Part shown: positions 1-9,609 of the stretch, in pieces
How the letters are laid out: every line of letters begins with the position of its first letter
How positions within the stretch are numbered: position 1 is the first letter of the stretch
Assembly: GCA_964518945.1 (NCBI GenBank)
Contig: CAZFLB010000020.1
Span: forward strand, 1-33,203
DNA from: an uncultured Acidobacteriota bacterium
GTDB taxonomy: Bacteria; Acidobacteriota; Vicinamibacteria; Marinacidobacterales; SMYC01
Reading direction: 5' to 3'
Length of the DNA: 33,203 bases
Position numbers and translations under genes: made by a program
The notes under the pieces: model-generated
What the model was told of the DNA's origin: nothing
Databases searched by the model: none
What the model saw: only the letters and a program-made list of their open reading frames with translations

Positions 1-2412
1 TCTCAATCAACTATTGCTGAGCGAACAAAAGGCCTAGAGCGAATCGATGGGTTCATACCATTCTACCTGGATACTCATAACGACAAAATATTGTTAGAAA
101 TATCCTCGCTCGGAGAGGATGTTCTATATTATGTCGCGACAGCTCATGGACTTGGGTCGGTCGAACTCGGTATTGATCGTGGTGTTAATAGTCAGATGGT
201 TATTCGTTTTGAAAGAGCCGGAAGCCGTCTCCATGTTGTACAACAGAATCTTCAGTTTCGAGCGCCCAATGGTCATGATGGACTTGTACGAAATGTAAGA
301 GAATCGTTCGCTGAATCTGTTCTCGCTGCACTTCCTGTCGAAGCAGAAGAGTCAGAGCATTTTCTCGTAGATGCGACAGAGTTTTTCATCCGTGACGCAA
401 GTGATGTGAAAGGGAGACTGCGTGATCGTGGACAAGGTACATTTCATCTAGACCGCACACGAAGTACTTTCTTTGGAGAACGAACAAAATCTTTTCCAGA
501 AAATACAGAAGTGGAAGTCATATTGACTTTTGCTTCGGACGAACCAGGAGCACTTGTCCGTTCTGTGACGCCAGATGGTCGCTCTTTGAGTTTAAGAATG
601 CACCATTCATTTTTAAAAGCCCCCAAGGGATTCGAAATGAGGAAGGCAGATGTACGGATTGGAGTTAATCGGCTTACTTTCAAAGATTATTCAAAGCCAT
701 ATTCCGAAGACCCGGAAGTTTCTACCATTCGAAGGTGGCGTTTAGAAAAAATGGAGCCGAACGTAGCGAGCGGTGTGCCTATTAAACCCATAACATACTA
801 TCTTGATCCAGGTATGCCTGAACGTATTCAAGGGGCGATGCGAAGAGGAATCCTTTGGTGGAATCGAGCCTTTGAGGCAGCGGGGTATCGCAATGCTATT
901 GAGGTTAAAAAAGCGACCCCAGGTATGGACCCGATGGACATCCGCTACGCCTTTGTACTTTGGGTGAAGCGTGATGAGCGAGGGTTTTCGAGCGGTGGTG
1001 GTATTACGGATCCTCGTACGGGTGAAATTCTTGGTGGTACGACAAGAATGGATTCACATCGCATTCGTACTACAGGTCACTACTGGCAAGCCTATCAGAT
1101 GACCGACAGTGGTGAGAGTGATTGTGGTTTTGTACTTACCGTTCCTGTAATCCAACCCGGAAACACTGTTCCGACTCTCGACCAGATGGTTTTAGACAGA
1201 CAAGCAGTGCTGGCAGCCCATGAGATCGGGCATACCTTGGGGTTTGGTCATAATTGGAATTCGAGCATTAACGAAAGAGCATCGGTCATGGAGTATCCAA
1301 CACCCCGTGTGTCAGTATCACCTTCGGGACAGCTTGATCTCTCTGAGGCGTTCGAAACGGATGTTGGTGCTTATGATGTGTTTATGGCTAGGTATGCATA
1401 CACTGACTTCTCTCCCGCAAAAGAAAATGAGGGCCTAGAAGCTATCATTGATGAAATGAGACAAGAGGGTGTGTTGTATACACCTTCAACGGATCCAAGG
1501 TGGAGCTGGTATGACGACCTAGATTCGCCAGTGAAGTATCTTAAAGAAACAGTTGCTGCACGTAAGATTATGCTTGATTATTACGGGCCAGGAATTCTTC
1601 GTGAGGGGGAGCCCATTGGTGAGCTCCGTGACATGAGACTGTGGATGACTTATTTACACCACCGATGGGGAATTGAACATGCAATTGATTTTATAGGTGG
1701 CATGTACCATGAGAATGTTGTTAAAGGAGATGACCTTTCATTACTCCCTCCGACTAGGATTGTACCAGCTGAGCTACAGCGGGAACTATTGGGCCTATTA
1801 CTTGAAGTCATTAAGCCGGAAAATTTGGCTATTCCTGAACGGATTCTCTCTGCTCTTACGACGAACTCATTTAGCACTCATTTAGAAGATATGTCGGAAA
1901 ATTATGCATTCGATCATCTTCGAGCAGCACGTATTTTATCAGCGTTGGTTGTGGAAGAAATCCTGCAACCAGATCGCGCCGCACGTTTAGTTGCCTTTTC
2001 CGATCGCCAAGAAGATGCTTTAACTCTTCCCGAGGTTATCGATGCTCTGCTTTCAGAAAGCTGGATGACTAAACGAAGAGCCGACCCTGACATGAACTCG
2101 TTAATTCGGGTGACACAACGTGTTGTGTTGGACGCGCTTATGATTCTTGGTTCTCACGAGGAGACAACACCTGAAACTCGAGCGGTTGTTTTTCAAATAC
2201 TGGTTGAATTGACGGCCTCGCTATCCGATCGGCATGAAAAAGACCGTGTGACTGAGGCACATTTAAGGCAAGCGGAACGAGACATTGCACGTTTTCTTGT
2301 AGACCCAGAGTCCGTTACCCCGAAATCAGCTTCGCCGGCCTGGGGGAAGAGACCTCGTTCACGCTATCCACTTGCACCAGGTCCTCCATTAGGAGGGGGA
2401 CCGATTCGTTAA
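1..2412 (+). CDS. Zinc-dependent metalloprotease (HExxHxxGxxH zincin, DUF5117/DUF4953-like), 5'-partial at the window edge
   Basis: ORF track gives 91..2412. The same frame is open with no stop from base 1 (SQSTIAERTKGLERIDGFIPFYLDTHNDKILLEIS...), so the gene enters from upstream. Zinc-binding motif AAHEIGHTLGFGHNWNSS. Size and overall pattern fit the large exported zinc-metalloprotease family. Confidence 0.8.
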   Translation, partial: SQSTIAERTKGLERIDGFIPFYLDTHNDKILLEISSLGEDVLYYVATAHGLGSVELGIDRGVNSQMVIRFERAGSRLHVVQQNLQFRAPNGHDGLVRNVRESFAESVLAALPVEAEESEHFLVDATEFFIRDASDVKGRLRDRGQGTFHLDRTRSTFFGERTKSFPENTEVEVILTFASDEPGALVRSVTPDGRSLSLRMHHSFLKAPKGFEMRKADVRIGVNRLTFKDYSKPYSEDPEVSTIRRWRLEKMEPNVASGVPIKPITYYLDPGMPERIQGAMRRGILWWNRAFEAAGYRNAIEVKKATPGMDPMDIRYAFVLWVKRDERGFSSGGGITDPRTGEILGGTTRMDSHRIRTTGHYWQAYQMTDSGESDCGFVLTVPVIQPGNTVPTLDQMVLDRQAVLAAHEIGHTLGFGHNWNSSINERASVMEYPTPRVSVSPSGQLDLSEAFETDVGAYDVFMARYAYTDFSPAKENEGLEAIIDEMRQEGVLYTPSTDPRWSWYDDLDSPVKYLKETVAARKIMLDYYGPGILREGEPIGELRDMRLWMTYLHHRWGIEHAIDFIGGMYHENVVKGDDLSLLPPTRIVPAELQRELLGLLLEVIKPENLAIPERILSALTTNSFSTHLEDMSENYAFDHLRAARILSALVVEEILQPDRAARLVAFSDRQEDALTLPEVIDALLSESWMTKRRADPDMNSLIRVTQRVVLDALMILGSHEETTPETRAVVFQILVELTASLSDRHEKDRVTEAHLRQAERDIARFLVDPESVTPKSASPAWGKRPRSRYPLAPGPPLGGGPIR

Positions 2413-2466
2413 TTTTTTGCTTGATTTGGATTGTTCAGGGTTGGTTGTTAAGAGTTGATTTTAAAG

Positions 2467-3819
2467 ATGTTTCAATCTAGATCGGGTCATAGTTTTCGTG
2501 ATTTTCTTGGTGCGTTCGCGGTATATCTGCCATTCTGTATTGTCCGGTTGGTTTTGTTTCTGAGTTTATTGAGTGGTACTTCCTTTGCCGAAGACTGGCC
2601 CCAATGGCGTGGGCTTCGTGCGGATGGAATATCGTTAGACACCGGGTTCGCTACCGAATGGAGTCCAAGTCACAATCTTCAGTGGAAGTCTCCACTGATA
2701 GGTCGGGGAGCATCTGCACCGATTGTGTCAAAGGAGTTTGTGTTCATAACTCTTCAGATTGGAGAAGGTCCAATGGAGACTAGACTCCCAAGAGACAGAG
2801 AGAATGCCTCTTCTTGGGAGCGAGAGGCACCTTTAAACAAAGGGGTTTATTTTCTGATTCAAGCACATCATAGAGATGACGGTCGTTTGCTTTGGACATA
2901 TCGAATTGATGCGCCTAAGGATGTTCCAAGCGTTTATCCAACTCACAATTTAGCTAGTCCAAGTGTGGTCACAGACGGTGTAGCAATCTACTCATGGTTT
3001 GGGACGGGACAGCTAGTAAGTCTGGATTTTGAGGGTAGATTAATTTGGAGTAGGGATCTTGGTGCTGATTATTTCCCTTTTCGTGTCCAAAGAGGCCATG
3101 CCAGTTCTCCTGTCCTTTATAACGAATCTCTGTTGCTTCTCGTAGATCATACAGATTCGGCAATGTTACTTTGTCTTGATAAGAAAACCGGTGTTGAACG
3201 TTTCAAGGTTGATCGTGGTAGCGGACGGCGTTCTTACAGTACGCCTCTCATAATTCATAGACCGGAGCGTGATGAACTTGTTATCAATGCCGATTTGAGC
3301 ATTGATTCCTATGACCCTCAGAACGGAAAAGCACTTTGGCATGCCGGAAAGCCGGTTAGACTAGCAGTTCCAACTCCGATCTATCACGATGGGGTCATCT
3401 ACACCAATCGTGGCTACAGCAGTAGTCCGTATCTTGCAGTGCAACCGGGAGCTGATATTTTGTGGCGTTCTCCGACGAGAGGACCGTACGTTTCCTCAAT
3501 GCTTTATCACAGAGGTTTGCTTTACATGGCCACTGAGCGAGGTATTGTTTCGGTCATCGATGCTCAAAATGGTGAGTTGGTTTGGAGACAAAGACTCGAA
3601 AATGTTTATACTGCTTCACCAGTACTTGCGGAAGATCATGTTTACCTTCTTTCTGAAAATGGCGAGACAGTGGTGTTGAAGGCAGGCCGTTCGCCCTCTG
3701 TTGTGTCGAGAAATTCACTGAACGAGAGGACACTTGCTTCACCAGCGCTCTCGGAAGGTCAGATTTTTATTCGGAGTGATGAGCACCTGTTTGCTATTTC
3801 CTCTGACATCATGCGTTAA
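2467..3819 (+). CDS. PQQ-like beta-propeller repeat protein (BamB/PQQ-enzyme-repeat fold), exported
   Basis: ORF 2455..3819. The ATG at 2467 gives MFQSR... with a hydrophobic signal region ending SFAEDWPQWRG, a hallmark N-terminus of this family. Repeated propeller-blade patterns are present (GVIYTNRG; GLLYMATERGIVSVIDAQNGELVWRQ; DHVYLLSENGETVVLK; GQIFIRSDEHLFAI). Confidence 0.7.
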   Translation: MFQSRSGHSFRDFLGAFAVYLPFCIVRLVLFLSLLSGTSFAEDWPQWRGLRADGISLDTGFATEWSPSHNLQWKSPLIGRGASAPIVSKEFVFITLQIGEGPMETRLPRDRENASSWEREAPLNKGVYFLIQAHHRDDGRLLWTYRIDAPKDVPSVYPTHNLASPSVVTDGVAIYSWFGTGQLVSLDFEGRLIWSRDLGADYFPFRVQRGHASSPVLYNESLLLLVDHTDSAMLLCLDKKTGVERFKVDRGSGRRSYSTPLIIHRPERDELVINADLSIDSYDPQNGKALWHAGKPVRLAVPTPIYHDGVIYTNRGYSSSPYLAVQPGADILWRSPTRGPYVSSMLYHRGLLYMATERGIVSVIDAQNGELVWRQRLENVYTASPVLAEDHVYLLSENGETVVLKAGRSPSVVSRNSLNERTLASPALSEGQIFIRSDEHLFAISSDIMR

Positions 3820-3962
3820 GTGCAGATGGTCAAATCTTTAAGATAAACCCCGTCTCTTTTTTTGATGGCTTTACTGTTGATGACCTTGCTGTGTGTATTT
3901 GAAGATGCTGACCCTGAAAAACATCGGGGCTAAGAAAAACTGTCGATTCGCTTGGCGATCGT

Positions 3963-5489
3963 CTAATACAGGGGAGGCGTGCTTTTCGGAGGTTTCCGAT
4001 GATTCGTTAATTGTTCGAAACTGTATGCTAGGTCAATTAATTGGGATTCACTGAAAGGCTTTCCAAAGAATTCGATACCGATTGGAACCCCTATCGGAGC
4101 CGTAGCTGTAGGTTTTGAAAAGCCGGCTGGCACTGTTATTGCTGGGAATCCTGTCACTGCACTGAGAACACCATTTCGGTCTACTTGGTCCTTTCCAATT
4201 GGGACTACGAGTCGTTTTTGGAGGGGGTAGACGAGAGCATCTAGTTGATGCTCAGCTATGATTTTCATGATTCGCTTACGTAGCCCACGGCGTTTGGTTA
4301 GGCGCTCTTTATATTCGTGGTCATGAACACTCTTCTTTAAAGCGCTTTCGTATAATTGCTTTAAAACAGGCTCGTACTTTCCTGAATTCAGAACTGCTTG
4401 GAGAGAGGCTGTAGCAATTCCACGTGATTTAAGATACTCGCTCAAGTATTCGTCGAATTCGTACCCTGAAACTGACACCTCTGAAATAAGCTGGTTTGCA
4501 TCAATTGGCACACTAATTTCGATGAGCGAAGCACCAGCCAGTTGCATAGCTTTTAGTGCTTCTTGTGTAACAAGGTTCACTTCTTTGTGCTTGATATTGT
4601 TTCCGAAGAAAGAACGTAGAACGCCTAGTCGAGCACCTTTCAAGGAGTCTGCTTTGAATGTAGGTGAAACCGATTGTTGATTTCCGATGGACGAAGCTGT
4701 TGATGAATCTTTTTCATCATAAACGGTGATGATGTTTAAAACTGTATAAGCATCATTAACTGTGCGTCCAATAGGCCCGGCTGTGTCCTGTGTCATTGAG
4801 TAAGGGATGATTCCTGAACGACTAACTAGTCCTTTTGTAGGCCGAATACCTACCAGACTATTGGCTGAAGACGGAGAACGAATTGAATTTACGGTGTCTG
4901 TTCCGATACCGACAACGGCGAAGTTCGCAGCCACAGCTGCCCCTGTCCCACCACTTGAGCCACCAGGTGTCCTAGTGAGGTCATAAGGGTTAAGCGTTTG
5001 TCCACCCAGTGAACTTCTGGTGATTCCTGATGCTGCAAATTCAGTTAAGTTGACCTTTGCTAGGATGATAGCGCCAGCAGTTCGAAGTTTTCGAGTTAGA
5101 TGTGCATCTTCATCAGGCTGGAAGCCAGCTAGACTCAGGGAGCCTCCAGTAGTAGGCATGTCTGAAGTTTCGATGTTGTCTTTCAACAGAACAGGTATTC
5201 CGTGTAGTGCACCTGTAAGACCGGAGTGAGTAAATTGCTGATCGAGTTCATCTGCTCTGGCAAGAGCATTGGGGTTAACAAGGATTACAGAATTGATCTT
5301 TGGTCCACTTTGGTCATAGCTTCTAATTCGATGAAGGTAAAGTTCCACTAGGTGTCGAGAAGTCAGAGTTCCCTCGCTCATCGCCAAATGAATTTTTCTT
5401 ATAGTGGTTTCTTCGATGCGGAATTCGACCTCCTCAACTCCGTGTCCTGCTAGGTACCCAATACTCATTGTAAGTAGGATTGCCCTCAT
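3963..5489 (-). CDS. Amidase-signature (AS) family amidase, possibly exported (peptide-amidase-like)
   Basis: 508-aa ORF. Glycine/serine-rich AS signature TPGGSSGGTGAAVAANFAVVGIGTDTVNSIRSPSS, plus the upstream LLKDNIETSDMPTTGGS (catalytic Lys region). Hydrophobic N-terminus MRAILLTMSIGYLAG. Confidence 0.85.
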   Translation of the reverse strand: MRAILLTMSIGYLAGHGVEEVEFRIEETTIRKIHLAMSEGTLTSRHLVELYLHRIRSYDQSGPKINSVILVNPNALARADELDQQFTHSGLTGALHGIPVLLKDNIETSDMPTTGGSLSLAGFQPDEDAHLTRKLRTAGAIILAKVNLTEFAASGITRSSLGGQTLNPYDLTRTPGGSSGGTGAAVAANFAVVGIGTDTVNSIRSPSSANSLVGIRPTKGLVSRSGIIPYSMTQDTAGPIGRTVNDAYTVLNIITVYDEKDSSTASSIGNQQSVSPTFKADSLKGARLGVLRSFFGNNIKHKEVNLVTQEALKAMQLAGASLIEISVPIDANQLISEVSVSGYEFDEYLSEYLKSRGIATASLQAVLNSGKYEPVLKQLYESALKKSVHDHEYKERLTKRRGLRKRIMKIIAEHQLDALVYPLQKRLVVPIGKDQVDRNGVLSAVTGFPAITVPAGFSKPTATAPIGVPIGIEFFGKPFSESQLIDLAYSFEQLTNHRKPPKSTPPLY

Positions 5490-5612
5490 CTGCCCTGATA
5501 GTAACGGTGTGTGAATGTTAGGTTCAACTCTTATTCATTATTATTGTTGTATGGACTGATTTAGAATCATCAATATTATGGGAGCAAAAAATAAATATTG
5601 GAGGATATGATC

Positions 5613-6635
5613 ATGTTAAGTCGCTTTGTATTGGTTTTAGCTTTCTTTGGTGTTGTTCCCGTGACCGGTCAATCTCTCCGCGTGGATATGCATGCACACC
5701 CATCCAGGTTTCACCGATCATCTGTCCCTTCGATTTCCGTAGAGGAGGTTGAACGATATCTTGCTGGAGGTATGCAGGTTGTGGTTTGCAACATCAGTAG
5801 TGATACCCCTTATCGCGGCAATTATATTCTTCCCGATGGTACAGAGATATCTTCGGGACGCCTTCGTCCAGCAGCGGGTGAAGTGTGGCGTCATACCCTC
5901 GAACGATTTACCCGTTTGGAGGCTACTAATTCTCGCGCTGATGCGATTTTCGTGAGCAATCCAACGGAAGCTCGCAAGGCGTCTGCGGAAGGACGTCTGG
6001 GGCTGATACCAGCGCTTGAAGGTGCTGATGCACTCGAGGGTGACATTACACGTTTAAAGATGCTATATGACCGAGGACTCAGACTTCTTCAACTAGTGCA
6101 CTTTCGTGCAAATGAAATTGGTCACATCCAAACTTGGCCGTATACTCCAGGCGGACTGACTGATTTTGGTCGTGAAGTGGTTGAGACTGCCAATCGATTA
6201 GGAATAGTAATTGATTTAGCACACGCAAACTCCGAAACGATTAGAGATATCCTAACTATATCTGAACACCCAGTTATTTTTAGTCACACCGGTGTTTTCA
6301 CATTAGTTCAAGGAGATCGTTATTTGGGTGATGACGATATTAAAGCCATCGCTAGTAAGGAAGGTGTCATTGGAATATGGCCGAACGGTTCAGGCCTTCC
6401 AAGTGTTGATGACATGGCTAAGCATATTGCTTATGTACGTGATCTAGTGGGAATTAAGCATGTGGGAATTGGCAGTGATTTGCGGGGGATGGGCCAGTAT
6501 AGTGATGGATTTGGTGATGAGGCAAATTTTCTAGGTATTGTTGATGCTCTCCGTCGCCATGGTTTCGATGACACTTCGATCGAGTTAGTGATGGGAGGAA
6601 ATTTTACGAGGGTTTGGGAGGTCGTAACGAAGTAA
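5613..6635 (+). CDS. Membrane/renal-type dipeptidase (peptidase family M19), with signal peptide
   Basis: ORF 5598..6635. GGAGG at 5600-5604 lies 8 nt before the ATG at 5613 (MLSRFVLVLAFFGVVPVTGQS). M19-like blocks: ALEGADAL, LRLLQLVHFRANE, GLTDFGREVVETANRLGIVIDLAHAN, PVIFSHTG, VGIGSDLRG, GGNFTRVWE. Confidence 0.8.
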   Translation: MLSRFVLVLAFFGVVPVTGQSLRVDMHAHPSRFHRSSVPSISVEEVERYLAGGMQVVVCNISSDTPYRGNYILPDGTEISSGRLRPAAGEVWRHTLERFTRLEATNSRADAIFVSNPTEARKASAEGRLGLIPALEGADALEGDITRLKMLYDRGLRLLQLVHFRANEIGHIQTWPYTPGGLTDFGREVVETANRLGIVIDLAHANSETIRDILTISEHPVIFSHTGVFTLVQGDRYLGDDDIKAIASKEGVIGIWPNGSGLPSVDDMAKHIAYVRDLVGIKHVGIGSDLRGMGQYSDGFGDEANFLGIVDALRRHGFDDTSIELVMGGNFTRVWEVVTK

Positions 6636-7416
6636 ATTCGTTTGGTTGGCATCTGAGGTGTTTTATCAACTGAGTCCTCCTACGCCATAAAGCCGCGATA
6701 TGGCGCACATTCAAGTAGGGTTTGAGTATCTTTAAGTCATCTTGCTCCAAGTCTTCCAGTGTTTTTTGTAGCTCTGGCGCACACGAAGGAACTTTTTCCA
6801 ATGGCGCATTTGTGTAAAGTCTGAATGATCGTGTGTGGTCGATAAACCAAATCCTATCCAACGAATCAACGAGTACATTTCCTGCATGTCGGTCGAAGTT
6901 GTGGATAAGTGAATCGAAAACGTACATGGTGTTAAATATATTAGGCCAACGTTCATTCGCTTTTGGTCCTGGTCTGTCGTAGCGATTTTGAAACTCAGAG
7001 ACAGCTTGCTCGATCCAGAGCTGGACCGAACCTTTTTGACCCTTGATCGTACGTATTATGCATGGTGGAACTCGGTCAATCCCTAGTAGGCGAGATAGCT
7101 GGTAAGCAGCGCATTCATAAATATAGCTGTCGTGATAACTTCGAATTCGCATGTCCCCGACTCGAGCGCGCCTACCTCTCTTGTCGACACGACGAAAAAT
7201 TGCATGAGCTTTAATTCCGTTCGCTGAAAGAAGCAGTCTCAGTGGACGATTTTGTGACCCGCTAATTTCTTTTGCTTCGATTACTTTAGCTTCTCTCAGA
7301 AAGTTTTCTGCGTCCTGGTCTGTTGCAAATGGAAGAACATTATTACTTGGCCCCAACCAATGAGGTTTCACAGGTTGGGTAAGTAGAACGAAGAGTAAAG
7401 CGGCGCTTTTGAACAT
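6604..7416 (-). CDS. Exported hypothetical protein with a PI3K/PI4K-like (atypical kinase) catalytic core
   Basis: 270-aa ORF with N-terminal signal-like MFKSAALLFVLLTQPV. Motifs ECAAYQLSRLLGIDRVPP, GSVQLWIE, NFDRHAGNVLVD (DRHxxN catalytic-loop pattern) and FIDHTRSF (activation-segment-like). Its 3' end overlaps the convergent M19 gene by 32 nt (6604-6635). Confidence in the gene itself is about 0.6; the kinase-like function is less certain, about 0.4. Confidence 0.6.
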   Translation of the reverse strand: MFKSAALLFVLLTQPVKPHWLGPSNNVLPFATDQDAENFLREAKVIEAKEISGSQNRPLRLLLSANGIKAHAIFRRVDKRGRRARVGDMRIRSYHDSYIYECAAYQLSRLLGIDRVPPCIIRTIKGQKGSVQLWIEQAVSEFQNRYDRPGPKANERWPNIFNTMYVFDSLIHNFDRHAGNVLVDSLDRIWFIDHTRSFRLYTNAPLEKVPSCAPELQKTLEDLEQDDLKILKPYLNVRHIAALWRRRTQLIKHLRCQPNEFTSLRPPKPS

Positions 7417-7448
7417 TAATATCGTTTAATAGTTTGTCTTTATGTCCT

Positions 7449-7895
7449 TTATTTCAAAGGGACCAATTTGCCGAACAGCCATCCGATACTTGCGGCGATT
7501 GCTCCAATAATGCTATTTACCAAAAGACCTGTGAGCCGAGCTGAGAAGGCACCAGCCATTGTCACTTCGGATTCATTTCCAATAATTGCGATAGGGTTAT
7601 TAAAATGGGTCTCGACTCCTAGAGCCATAGAACCCAATGTTCCCACGAAAATAAGAATTTGAGTAAACAGAGCGATAAGTAAACCACAAGTGGCAGCATA
7701 ACCGATCTTTTCGCCTTTAAAGCTATTAGACATTGCGCCCCAGATAAGGCAAAGATGCACAGTCATTGGGACTAGTGCGAAGAGCCTAATCCCAAGTTCG
7801 TAACTCCCTCCCAAAGATCCTACAATGAGTTTGCCAATAAAGAATAAGAACAAAAGGGCGTATGCAAGTCGAATGAAATTTATTTTTTCTCTCAA
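7449..7895 (-). CDS. Small integral membrane protein (about 4 predicted TM helices), unknown function
   Basis: 148-aa ORF made almost entirely of hydrophobic segments (LAYALLFLFFIGKLIV; LFALVPMTVHLCLIWGAM; YAATCGLLIALFTQILIFVGTLG; LLVNSIIGAIAASIGWLFG). It lies 32 nt upstream of, and on the same strand as, 6604..7416. Confidence 0.55.
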   Translation of the reverse strand: MREKINFIRLAYALLFLFFIGKLIVGSLGGSYELGIRLFALVPMTVHLCLIWGAMSNSFKGEKIGYAATCGLLIALFTQILIFVGTLGSMALGVETHFNNPIAIIGNESEVTMAGAFSARLTGLLVNSIIGAIAASIGWLFGKLVPLK

Positions 7896-7959
7896 TATAG
7901 TTTCCTCTCGTGTTCCTTACATTTATGTGCCACAAAATTTCTGGAAGTAGATTAAGGCT

Positions 7960-9573
7960 ATGATAAAACGACCCAATGTATTATTGCTATTTTTGATATT
8001 TGCGAGTTCAGTTCTCGCGGATAATTATCCAAAAAACAAATCTGTCGACGTTATCCACTATAAATTTCACTTGGAGCTAAATGACTCGACCGATGACTTC
8101 CTTGGTTCTACTCAGGTCCTTGTTCAGTTTCTTGAAAGCGGGGCTAAAGAGATAGTTTTAGACCTTATAGGGCAGAGTGAAAGTGGTGGTATGTTAGTTA
8201 CTTCGGTAACAGAGGGCCAATCAATAGTATCGTTTACACATAACGATAATCAGATCAGAATCGCTGTCGAGCCCCCCGCTCAACAGAACGAACGTAGAAA
8301 CTATACTGTGAATTACCGAGGAGTGCCTGTGGACGGGCTTGTCATAGCTGACAATCGACATGGCGATCGTACTTTTTCTGCAGACAACTGGCCCAACAAG
8401 ACTCGTCACTGGCTACCGACGGTCGATCATCCTTATGATAAAGCAACATGTGAGTTCATAATAGAGGCACCGCATCATTATCAAGTGGTTGCAAACGGGT
8501 TAAAACAAGAAGAATCCTATCTGGTTTCTGGAAGGAAGTTAACTCACTGGAAACAATCGGTTCCGATCTCAACATGGTTGATGGTGATATCTGTTGGGAA
8601 ATACGCTGTGCGCTACCAAGATGTCTATAAAGGTATATCCATTGAAACTTGGGTTTTTCCTCAGGACCGTGAGGCTGGATTTTTCGATTTCGCGCGCGCT
8701 CGTCGACCATTAGACTTTTTTAATACCCATATAGGGGAATATCCATACGAAAAGTTAGCCAATGTTCAAGTCACAGCTCCCGTAGGTGCTACAGAAGCTG
8801 CAACGGCGGTTTTCTACCAACAGGACTTTGTTACCGGTGACAGAAAACGCGAGGATGTTATTGCCCATGAAATAGCTCACCATTGGTTTGGCAACTCTTT
8901 AACGGAAAGTGATTGGAATGATGTATGGCTGAGTGAGGGATTTGCCACATATTTCACTTTGTTGTTTAACGAACATACCTATGGGCGTGAACGTTTTGTC
9001 GAAGGACTCTTGCAAAACAGAGCAAGAATTTTCGAATTCTACGAGGGTGAACCTGAGTATCGGATCGTTCATAAAAATCTAACAGATATGAGCCAAGTTA
9101 CAACCCGTATGACTTATCAGAAGGGTGCTTGGATTTTACATATGCTGAGAGGCATTATGGGAGATGACTTATTTTGGAACGGTATCCGTGAGTACTATCG
9201 GATATACCGAGATCAGACTGTTTCTACTGATGATTTTCAACATGTAATGGAGAGTTTCGCAGAGCAGGATCTGGCTTGGTTTTTTCAGCAATGGCTTTAT
9301 CAGGGAGGGAACCTGAAGCTTGAAGGTAACTATAGATATGATTCTGTAAAAAAAAGCATTGAACTGACTCTCAGGCAAGTTCAACAAGATAATGTGCTGT
9401 TTCAAATGCCATTGGAGGTTGAGGTCTATGCTTCAGAAGGAAAAACTGCGCATAAAGTTTTTATCGACAATAGGACTAACCATTTTGAAATTCCGGTAGC
9501 AGAGAATCCTGAAAAGATTGTGCTCGATCCAAACATTTGGTTGTTGATGGAGTATGAGTTGACCAGAAATTAA
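7960..9573 (+). CDS. M1-family (gluzincin) aminopeptidase, exported
   Basis: 537-aa ORF. HEIAHHWFGN followed by WLSEGFATYF (HExxH-x18-E). Signal peptide MIKRPNVLLLFLIFASSVLA. Confidence 0.9.
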   Translation: MIKRPNVLLLFLIFASSVLADNYPKNKSVDVIHYKFHLELNDSTDDFLGSTQVLVQFLESGAKEIVLDLIGQSESGGMLVTSVTEGQSIVSFTHNDNQIRIAVEPPAQQNERRNYTVNYRGVPVDGLVIADNRHGDRTFSADNWPNKTRHWLPTVDHPYDKATCEFIIEAPHHYQVVANGLKQEESYLVSGRKLTHWKQSVPISTWLMVISVGKYAVRYQDVYKGISIETWVFPQDREAGFFDFARARRPLDFFNTHIGEYPYEKLANVQVTAPVGATEAATAVFYQQDFVTGDRKREDVIAHEIAHHWFGNSLTESDWNDVWLSEGFATYFTLLFNEHTYGRERFVEGLLQNRARIFEFYEGEPEYRIVHKNLTDMSQVTTRMTYQKGAWILHMLRGIMGDDLFWNGIREYYRIYRDQTVSTDDFQHVMESFAEQDLAWFFQQWLYQGGNLKLEGNYRYDSVKKSIELTLRQVQQDNVLFQMPLEVEVYASEGKTAHKVFIDNRTNHFEIPVAENPEKIVLDPNIWLLMEYELTRN

Positions 9574-9609
9574 TACCGAACCGTTTTTCAATATTTGGAA
9601 AGGATGAAC

